Source of the DNA: Eledone cirrhosa
Taxonomy: Eukaryota
DNA: 64,000 bases
Assembly (NCBI GenBank): GCA_964016885.1
Contig: OZ024763.1
Coordinates: 10,912,001-10,976,000, forward strand
Direction of reading: 5' to 3'
Part shown: in pieces, positions 54,648 through 64,000 of the stretch
Layout of the letters: each line of letters opens with the position of its first letter
How positions within the stretch are numbered: the first letter of the stretch is position 1
Translations under genes and position numbers: made by a program
The notes under the pieces: generated by a model
What the model was told of the DNA's origin: nothing
The model's database searches: none
What the model saw: the letters and a program-made list of their open reading frames with translations, nothing else

Positions 54648-55350
54648 TCATCATCATCATCATCATCATTTAATGTCCATTTTTCACGCTAGCATGGGTA
54701 GGACGGGCAGTCCCTTTGTGAGGGAGCAGGTCAGAGGACCTTGATTCGCACATATGGAACTGATTCTGGCTAGTTTTCTACAGCTGGATGCCCTTCCTAA
54801 CGCCAACCACATTTACAGTGTGTACTGGGTGCTTACTGTCGTGACACCTCCACAACCACGATATATATACATATATATATCAATGTGCATGGTTTAGTGG
54901 TTAGAGCAATGTGAGTTCAATTCCCAGACCAGGTGATGCATTGTGTCCTTGAGAAAGACACTTTATTTCCCATTTCTCCAGTTTACTCTGAAATACGTTG
55001 TGACATCCCTTGGACAAGTTTGGTGGCGCAGAGAGGGGAGACTGGTGTGCAGGTGTGACTGGTGGTCTTCCACAAACAACCTTGCCTGGAGGAGTCCCTT
55101 GGAGGAGAACCTTCTAGGTGCAAATCCCATATTCATTAGTGATCGAAGGGAGTCATTACCCTATCATCATCATCATCATCATCATCATTTAACATCCATC
55201 TTCCACGTTAGCATGGGTTGGACGGTTTTGTTTCACTTGAAGTGAGATTGGTCAGGTGACTGTGTCTTGCTCGTACAGGACTGTATCTGGCAGGTTTTCT
55301 ACGACTGGATGCCCTTCCTAACACCAACCACATTTACAGTGTGGACTGGG
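54648..55350. mobile_element. SINE cluster: two Meta-like SINEs (minus) around one CORE-type SINE (plus)
   Basis: (CAT)n tails at 54648 and 55163; GAGTTCAATTCCC...GTGTCCTTGAGAAAGACACTT at 54913-54963. Confidence 0.72.
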
Positions 55351-55769
55351 AGCCTTTTTACTGTCTCCTACATGCTTTTTGTCGTGTATACATATACATA
55401 TATAAATCCAAAACATTCCATACAAAATACAGTTAACTGGTGAAATAAAATCAGAGTTAATATTTCTACATATCATCAACATGACTGTGTTCCAAATAGG
55501 AATGGCTTAGCTAGATGATCACAGTTCAAGACTAGACAGCTTGTAAGATCAAGTCTTGCACAAACTTTCCAGTGTTGATGATGATATGTATAAACATTGT
55601 AGACTCTGACAACTCAACCAACCCACGCCAACATGGAATACAGACACGTGATAATGAAGATATGTACTTTGGTGGGGTTATACTGCCAATAAATATATCA
55701 CACAGGCAATGGATGGATTTCCTTTCTGTTCTATTCATCAGTTAATTAGATAATTGACCTTTTTGTGTT

Positions 55770-55970
55770 TTGGCAAAACCAACTGGCAAGAGACCCAGGG
55801 GTAGACTCTGAGCAAGATGGCTAAATAACATCCATCAGCTTGGCTGGTCACGCTTGGGGATCCAGCTGGATCAGTTGGAGATGGTTGCTTCTGACAGGAC
55901 CAATTGGAGGGAGTGTTTGAGGACTCTGCCCCCACGACCCTCTCAGGGATAAGTGGGTGAAGAAGACATT
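55770..55970 (+). pseudogene. RTE LINE extreme 3' end
   Basis: AKPTGKRPRGRL*ARWLNNI...DRTNWRECL (RPRGRP..RW motif). Confidence 0.7.
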
Positions 55971-56172
55971 TTCAATACCAAACCACCGGAAACTACCCCT
56001 CATTTTATGGCACAAAACTGTTTTTCATTGTAATTCTATGAAAGAACCTTTGTTAAGTTATGTTCCAAGCACCAACTTAATAATATACGACAAAAATTCT
56101 ATGGTAAAATGAAGGACTTATATTCAAGGTCAATATTTCACTGATTTTAACCAACTTCAAATTCAACATAAA

Positions 56173-56760
56173 TGAGGTGAATATTACACCTGTTTCACTT
56201 TGGAGGTGAATATTACACCTGTTTCACTTTGGAGGTGAATATTACACCTGTTTCACTTTGGAGGTGAATATTACACCTGTTTCACTTTGGAGGTGAATAT
56301 TACACCTGTTTCACTTTGGAGGTGAATATTACACCAGTTTCACTTTGGAGGTGAATATTACACCTGTTTCACTTTGGAGGTGAATATTACACCAGTTTCA
56401 CTTTGGAGGTGAATATTACACCTGTTTCACTTTGGAGGTGAATATTACACCAGTTTCACTTTGGAGGTGAATATTACACCTGTTTCACTTTGGAGGTGAA
56501 TATTACACCTGTTTCACTTTGGAGGTGAATATTACACCTGTTTCACTTTGGGGGTTAATATTACACCTGTTTCACTTTGGAGGTGGATATTACACCAGTT
56601 TCACTTTGGGGGTGAATATTACACCTGTTTCACTTTGGAGTTGAATATTACACCCATTTCACTTTGGAGATGAATATTACACCAGTTTCACTTTGGAGGT
56701 GAATATTACACCAGTTTCACTTTAGAAGTGAATATTACACCAGTTTCACTTTGGAGTTGA
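56173..56760. repeat. 29-bp minisatellite (GGAGGTGAATATTACACCTGTTTCACTTT)
   Basis: About 20 copies; each has an internal GGTG/CACC inverted repeat. Confidence 0.95.
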
Positions 56761-57605
56761 AATTTCTATTGTTTTTTGTGTTTTGAATGAATATGGCCTT
56801 CAAAATGGCAATAAATTAGTAAAAAAAAAATCATTGTAAAACAAAAACTATTTGTGTATGTGTGTATTGCTTTCTTCAGTTCACATTCAACTTCACAGCT
56901 GGTGATATTTGTTTATGTTCTGCATGAACAGAAATCCTGCTGTTCGGCATTTAGATGGGTGAAAATCTGTAACTTAATAACATACACACACACATCCACT
57001 ACTAGCTCACTAGATAAACACACACACACACACAATGCACCACCAGCTCATTAGATATACACACACACACACATCTACTACCAGCTTGCTAGATAAACAT
57101 GCACACATCTACTACTAACTCCTAGATAAACACACAATATAGATGGCTTCTTAATGGCATGACAACTTCTTTAGTGTTGGTAATCTACACGATAAACACA
57201 CCCAGTAGACTGTAAAAAAACCTGTCAAACAAAGGGTCATCAGGACTTATTAGCTGTGCTGAAGATATGATAACCTCCATAGTGCTGGTGCTGCAATAAA
57301 ATACACTCAGGAGCTTATATAAGTGAGATGCAGGCCCTCAGTCCATTTGAGAAGTCAGTAACCCCACTTGTCTACTGATTTGGTTAGTGAAGACCATTGC
57401 TAGCAGGGAAAGTGGACATTAAATGATGATGATGATCTACCAGCTAGCTACACACATAAATAAAATAACATACACACACACATATACATATATACATATA
57501 TATATATATCTACTAGTAATGAGCTAGACATACATAAATACATACTCAACTAGCTACATATACATAACTGTATTTAAGTATATGTAGCTAGTTGGTTATT
57601 TTTAA

Positions 57606-57716
57606 GCTTTCTGAAGACGCGTGAAAATTAATTAAGTATTGCATATGATTGAACAATATATATTGTAGTCAGCATATGTTGACTATTATAATGAACACAG
57701 AAACATATGTTAAAGC
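57606..57716 (+). ncRNA. Type I hammerhead motif with a long (about 82-nt) stem II region
   Basis: GCTTT-CTGAAGA-[cgcGTG...CACa]-GAAA-CATATG-TT-AAAGC, preceded by a short fold-back at 57547-57595. Confidence 0.65.
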
Positions 57717-58302
57717 CAATAATTTCTTGCTCCTTCTGCTCGCCAAAGTCTATATTTTTCTTGGTGCTATACTTGCTTATGTTATATATATGTATACATA
57801 TATAATTTAAAGAATGACAAATACAGGATACAAAAACAATTAGTCTTAGTTTAAGCATCCCTTCATTTTAATAGAAACACCAAATTTATGAGTAAAACTA
57901 TAAATATTTGAATTAAACCACATTAATTAAACACCATTATGACTGCATTATATTAAAGTCTAAAGACTTTAATCTTATACTGCAAATGTTCACAACAAAC
58001 TGTCTACTAGTAAAGATACTGTAAACATCTGAATTAACAGACTACATTAGTAAGACAATCTTGGAAAGTACAAAACACTAGGATTGCATCATATTAAAAA
58101 TGAAAGTATTTCCTCTAATACTCCCAATTTTCACAATCTGTCAACTAGAAAAGTTACTATAAACATTTAAATTCACAAACTACATGAAACCACAATAGCA
58201 AGATATCTTTGAAAAATACTGAGCAGAACTATAACTGTATCACCTTAAATATTCAAGTCTTTTCTTTAATACTGTAAATGTTTACAACAATATGTCCACT
58301 AG

Positions 58303-58419
58303 TTAACCTTTAGCACGCTGAATTTTTTAAATGAATTGCTTCCCTTAACACTGCATTATGTATTAAGGGGAGATTACTCTATTGGCAACATAAGTCGCCT
58401 ACAGTGCCCAGAAGGTTAA
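58303..58419. mobile_element. Small TTAA-flanked (piggyBac-like) MITE
   Basis: TTAA-CCTT...AAGG-TTAA; it interrupts a unit of the degenerate tandem at 57870-58520 (compare CTACTAGTAAAGATACT at about 58004). Confidence 0.7.
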
Positions 58420-59259
58420 GATACTATAAAAATTTAACACAAAACATCACATTAAATATTTATATTAAGTAATTATTCACAACAATCTGTCCACCAGTAA
58501 AGATAGTATAAACATTTAAGGATGTGAAGGGTTAAACCAAGGATTACGGGGGGGGGGGGGGGTACCATAGTTTTATAAATTTTGAATTGAATAAAATATA
58601 CAAATGAAAAATAACTTGAAATTTTAAATTGAATTAGTGTGTGTGCGTGTGTGTTTGTATGTTCATGGGTGTGTGTAGAGAGGGGTATGTGTGAGGAGGG
58701 GTATCAGATGCAACCATCATGGGTGAAGAAGTGTATGTATATAGTTGTCTATGTATAGGTGGATATGTGTGTACATGTGCATATAGGTATGTGTTTGTGT
58801 GTGTGTGTGAATGTATGCTTGCATCAGCATGTGTGTGTGTAAGAGAGAGAGATTGTGTCTTCACAAGGGTGAACGTGTGTGTGTACATGTGTGTGAGAGA
58901 GTGTGTGTGTGTCTTCACAAGGGTGAACGTGAGTGTGTGTACATGTGTGAGAGTGTGTGTGTCTTCACAAGGGTGAACGTGAGTGTGTGTACATGTGTGT
59001 GAGAGCGTGTGTGTCTTCACACGGGTGAACGTGAGTGTGTGTACATGTGTGTGAGAGCGTGTGTGTCTTCACAAGGGTGAACGTGTGTGTACATGCATGT
59101 ATGTCTTCACAAGGATGAATGTATGTGCGTGTTTGTATGTGTACATATGAATATGAATGTGTGAGAGAAAGAGTGTATGTGTTTTCATAAGGGTGAACGT
59201 GTGTGCATACATATGCATGTGTGTCAGAGAGAGAGAGAGAGTATGTGTGTATGTGTTTT

Positions 59260-59337
59260 AGGTGAGGGAGGAGGGATGGTGAAGAGTATGTGTGTGTGTG
59301 TGTGTGTGTGTAATAGGTGATGGAGGAGGGATGGTGA

Positions 59338-59380
<43 letters not shown>

Positions 59381-59510
59381 GGTGAGGGAGGAGGGATGGT
59401 GAAGAGTGTGTGTGTGTGTGTGTGTGTGTGTAATAGGTGAGGGAGGAGGGATGGTGAAGAGTATGTGTGTGTGTGTGTGTGTGTAATAGGTGATGGAGGA
59501 GGGATGGTGA

Positions 59511-59545
<35 letters not shown>

Positions 59546-59570
59546 GGTGAGGGAGGTGGGATGGTGAAGA

Positions 59571-59624
<54 letters not shown>

Positions 59625-59803
59625 GGTGAGGGAGGAGGGATGGTGAAGAGTGTGTGTGTGTGTGTGTGTGTAATAGGTGAGGGAGGAGGGATGGTGAAGA
59701 GTGTGTGTGTGTGTGTGTGTGTGTAATAGGTGAGGGAGGAGGGATGGTGAAGAGTGTGTGTGTGTGTGTGTGTGTGTAATAGGTGAGGGAGGAGGGATGG
59801 TGA

Positions 59804-59848
<45 letters not shown>

Positions 59849-59870
59849 GGTGATGGAGGTGGGATGATGA

Positions 59871-59907
<37 letters not shown>

Positions 59908-59929
59908 GGTGAGGGAGGTGGGATGGTGA

Positions 59930-59968
<39 letters not shown>

Positions 59969-60249
59969 TAGGTGAGGGAGGAGGGATGGTGAAGAGTGTG
60001 TGTGTGTGTGTGTGTGTGTAATAGGTGAGGGAGGAGGGATGGTGAAGAGTGTGTGTGTGTGTGTGTGTGTGTAATAGGTGAGGGAGGTGGGATGGTGAAG
60101 AGTATGTGTGTGTGTGTGTGTGTAATAGGTGAGGGAGGAGGGATGGTGAAGAGTGTGTGTGTGTGTGTAATAGGTGAGGGAGGAGGGATGGTGAAGAGTG
60201 TGTGTGTGTGTGTGTGTGTGTGTAATAGGTGAGGGAGGAGGGATGGTGA

Positions 60250-60290
<41 letters not shown>

Positions 60291-60312
60291 GGTGAGGGAG
60301 GTGGGATGGTGA

Positions 60313-60347
<35 letters not shown>

Positions 60348-60372
60348 GGTGAGGGAGGTGGGATGGTGAAGA

Positions 60373-60408
<36 letters not shown>

Positions 60409-60430
60409 GGTGAGGGAGGTGGGATGGTGA

Positions 60431-60475
<45 letters not shown>

Positions 60476-60497
60476 GGTGAGGGATGTGGGATGGTGA

Positions 60498-60534
<37 letters not shown>

Positions 60535-60648
60535 GGTGAGGGAGGTGGGATGGTGAAGAGTGTGTGTGTGTGTGTGTAATAGGTGAGGGAGGTGGGATGG
60601 TGAAGAGTGTGTGTGTGTGTGTAATAGGTGAGGGAGGTGGGATGGTGA

Positions 60649-60680
<32 letters not shown>
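59260..60680. repeat. Minisatellite AATAGGTGAGGGAGGWGGGATGGTGAAGA(GT)n
   Basis: About 25 copies with variable GT length. Confidence 0.95.
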
Positions 60681-60684
<4 letters not shown>

Positions 60685-60867
60685 GATCAATGTGAAACGC
60701 TGCTATATACAGTAGAGCAATATAGAGCAGTGTATTGTAACAACAGAGGTTCCCTTTCTACGTTACATATGGGAATGGAGTCAATGGCTGTATGTCCTTC
60801 CCATGTCAGACAAAGGTTGACTAAAACCCCCTTTAGTGGATGTCCTGAGCAAGGTTGAAGTGACCAA

Positions 60868-61375
60868 GACCACCACTAACCCCTACTCGCACCACCAGAC
60901 AGCTACAGTAAAGGGACCACCACTGACCCCTACAGCTATAATAAAAGGTCCACCACTGACCCCTACTCACACCACCAGACAGCTACAGTAAAGGGACCAC
61001 CACCACTGACCCCTACAGCTATAATAAAAAGTCCACCACTGACCCTTACTGATCACCAGACAGCTACAGTCAAGGGACCACCACCACTGACCCTTACAGC
61101 TATAATAAAAGGTCCACCACTGACCCCTACTCACACCACCAGACAGCTACAGTAAAGGGACCACTACCACTGACCCCTACTCACACCACCAGACAGCCAG
61201 CTACAGTAAAAGGACCACCACCACTGACCCCTACTCACACCACCAGACAGCCAGCTACAGTAAAGGGACCACCACCACTGACCCCTACAGCTATAATAAA
61301 AGGTCCACCACTGACCCCTACTCATAACACCAGACAGCTACAGTAAAGGGACCACCAGCACTGACCCCTTCAGTA
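60868..61375. repeat. Compound minisatellite (GACCACCACTGACCCCTAC...)
   Basis: Two unit types alternate. Confidence 0.88.
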
Positions 61376-61689
61376 AAAGACATGTCAATAGAGAGGTAAA
61401 CAGGTGACAATATTAGACTTACCAATTCTTTGGTCAAAGATGTGTTCAAATGTCACTACACCATTCTTGAGTAAATGTTTGTGCATTACACTTCGTATGC
61501 TGGAATTGGAAGAGAGAGAGAGAGAGAGATATTAGAATATTAAATTATATATATACATATATATAACACATTACACACAAACATATAAACATGTGACCTC
61601 TGGCGTCACACAGTAATACAGAAGACCCGACCCCCCACGGGCACAAGCCGAAGCTGAAGCATATAGACAATATGACCCCACACTCTCCC

Positions 61690-62117
61690 ACTGTAAAGTG
61701 GTCGTGGAGGTGCCACGGCAAAAAAAAGCACCCAGCCCACACTGTAAAGTGGTCGTGGAGGTGCCACGGAACAAAAACACCCAGCCCACACTGTAAAGTG
61801 GTCGTGGAGGTGCCACGGCAAAAAAGCACCCAGCACTCACTGTAAAGTGGTCGTGGAGGTGCCACGGCAAAAAAGCACCCAGCACTCACTGTAAAGTGGT
61901 CGTGGAGGTGCCACGGCAAAAAAGCACCCAGCACTCACTGTAAATGAGGTTGGTGTTAGGAAGGGCATCCAGCTGTAGAAATCAAGCCAGAATCAGTTCC
62001 TGTATGAGCAAGACAAGGTCAGCCGACCGGACACACACTACCCACAACAGGACAACCCATCTAACCCATGCTAGCGTGGAAGAACGGACGTAAAACGGAG
62101 ATGATGATGATGATGAT
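61690..62117 (+). mobile_element. Meta-like-domain SINE with an internal 49-bp tandem expansion
   Basis: CACTGTAAAGTGGTCGTGGAGGTGCCACGGCAAAAAAGCACCCAGC occurs 5 times, then AGGAAGGGCATCCAGCTGTAGAAA and (GAT)n. Confidence 0.8.
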
Positions 62118-62330
62118 AAAGCAGTTGTGGTGCAGGGAGTCCCATATTTTCTATATCAATATAAAGTTGTGTGTGTATATAGATATATGGTTGGCGTTAG
62201 GAAGAGCATCCAGCTATAGAAACAGTGCTATATGAGTAAGACACGGCCACCTGACCCAACTTGCCGCAAATGGGAGAACCCGTCTAACCCATGCTCGTGT
62301 GGGAAATGGACGTTAAACGATGATGATGAT

Positions 62331-62369
<39 letters not shown>

Positions 62370-62686
62370 GAAAAGGTAAACAGAAATAACAATACAATCG
62401 GTACAGTATATGGAAGGAATATATTAGGTTAACGCTTGAAATAGCAGGAAGAGGGTCTTGATGTTTTGGACGCTAGTCCTTCATCAGAAGAAATATATAT
62501 TATATTATATTATATTATACGCAGGTAGATGACTAGTTTCGGGGGATTATAACTGGCAGATCTTGAAGTATCCTGAGGTAAGCACTCAACATCCTGAAGC
62601 ATCTCAGATTACATCTGGTGGCCCTGGTGGCGTATATGCAGTGAGGAATAAGTATGCAAAATGGGTTTTTATTTATTCAGAAATAT

Positions 62687-62766
62687 TCCATTACAAATGT
62701 TTCGATGGGTTTGACGACTATGCAGTGTGTTGGTTCCATAGAATAAATCTGGCCTCTTCAGATGGA
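62687..62766 (-). ncRNA. Type I hammerhead motif in a diverged fold-back element
   Basis: Minus strand: TCCAT-CTGAAGA-[about 51 nt]-GAAA-CATTTG-TA-ATGGA; imperfect inverted arms 62671-62735 and 62773-62837; TTGAGTGC downstream (62582-62589). Confidence 0.7.
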
Positions 62767-63384
62767 CTTCTAAACCAACACACTGCACAGACATTAAACC
62801 TGTCGAGACATTTGGAATGGAAAATTTCTCAATAAATTGTTGCATTCCTTTGTCATCTTTTCTGTGAGGTTTAATGTTTTAATATCAGCTCTGATTACCT
62901 TTGTTCAGGTTTTTCCTCTTCTGCAGCACCCTTCCACCCTGGGAAGGCTCTATGTGTACCCCATTCACCCAAATAAAATTATTTCAACTTACAGTTTAGC
63001 AAGTAAACAAACCTAGTTTTTGAAACTTCTTGCACTGACCTACACTAAGAAAATTACTAAGCCTGCATTTTCCACTACACAGTCCACACTCATCCATACC
63101 AAATCATATAATAGGTAAAAAGAAAACCATTCTCTCCACTGCTTTGGATATTTCCACAAAGATGTTTAGAGATATATTTATTGATTGCAGGAAATTATTA
63201 TATATTTAATTTACCATATATCCACGAATATAAGTGTCTTGCTCAAGGACACAATACATCCCCCGGTCATTCAATTCTCAGACCAGGTGATGTGTTGTGT
63301 CCTTGAGCAAGACACTTTATTTCACATTGCTCCAGTTTACTCAGCTGTAGAAATGAGATGATAGGACTGGGGTCCCTATCATTC

Positions 63385-63601
63385 CACTGCAAAGTGGTCG
63401 TGGAGGTGCCACGGCAAAAAAGCACCTAGCCCACACTGTAAATTGGACATGTAGGCGCCACGGAAAAAAAGCACCCAGCACTCACTGTAAATGAGGTTGG
63501 TGTTAGGAAGGGCATCCAGCTGTAGAAATAAAGCCAGAATCAGTTCCTGTCCCACCCTTGCAAGCAGGGAAAAGCGGACGTAAAATGATGATGATGATGA
63601 T
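63385..63601 (+). mobile_element. Meta-like-domain SINE
   Basis: AGGAAGGGCATCCAGCTGTAGAAA...(GAT)n. Confidence 0.72.
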
Positions 63602-63809
63602 AAGCTGACCCCCCTATTTTATATCTGAGAAATGGTCAACAACAAATCATATCGCACAGTCCTTTGCATGGATTAACAAGGGAGGAGTTCAGGTCTTATA
63701 TAGACGAGCCTGTTCAAAAAATATATTGCAGTCTCCATCACATGCTACAAAAACTAGTGATGGGCCTGCAACCTGTCCTGGGAGGCATGGTATGGACATA
63801 CAAAGATTG

Positions 63810-64000
63810 CGTATTCCAAGACCCCAAAGAAGATTTGGAAAGGAGCAAACTGTAACCATTAGAACCTGCAACATCACAACCCTTGCAGTTAAGGAGCAGG
63901 AACCAGTGGAAGAGGCCAGATGCTAATCGATAAATATAGTTTCCTCAACAAAGTTCCATAGCTCTGATACTGTAAATTTTGATGGAGGATGGAAACTCCA
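63810..64000 (+). pseudogene. RTE LINE AP-endonuclease N-terminal remnant
   Basis: TIRTCNITTLAVKEQEPVEEARC*SINIV resembles IGTWNVxSLxGKExELVxExxRYxLDIV; it runs off the end of the window. Confidence 0.6.

Noticed and set aside
59260-60680. Repeat-spacer pattern resembling CRISPR (also 34895-35375)
   Set aside because: The spacers are only (GT)n or (CA)n of variable length; the context is eukaryotic and there are no cas genes.
62563-62835. 90-aa ORF, or a pre-miRNA-like hairpin
   Set aside because: Better explained as a diverged fold-back hammerhead element; the 37-nt loop is too long for a typical pre-miRNA.

Overview
AT-rich, microsatellite-dense eukaryotic DNA with no convincing host protein-coding gene. 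The SINE repertoire (tRNA-head SINEs with Nin-, Meta- and CORE-like domains) suggests a mollusc, probably an octopus; this is an inference. Most long ORFs in the track are translations of micro- or minisatellites. Recognisable content: an internally deleted Helitron with both termini (17666-19888, minus), RTE-clade LINE remnants, a stack of L1/Tx1-type 3' ends in a (TAGA)n tract, a mariner remnant, TTAA-flanked piggyBac-like MITEs and many tandem arrays. The most notable signal is a set of short, ORF-less elements sitting in (TA)n tracts. At least 14 carry complete or near-complete type I hammerhead ribozyme motifs (stem I-CTGANGA-stem II-GAAA-stem III-TH-stem I') in several sequence families whose stems differ but still pair. 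Most have a 5' fold-back and a T(T/A)GAGTRC motif about 40-70 nt before the 3' (TA)n junction. They look like non-autonomous Penelope-like (pLTR-derived, retrozyme-like) retroelements. All structures were read by eye; none was computed or tested.
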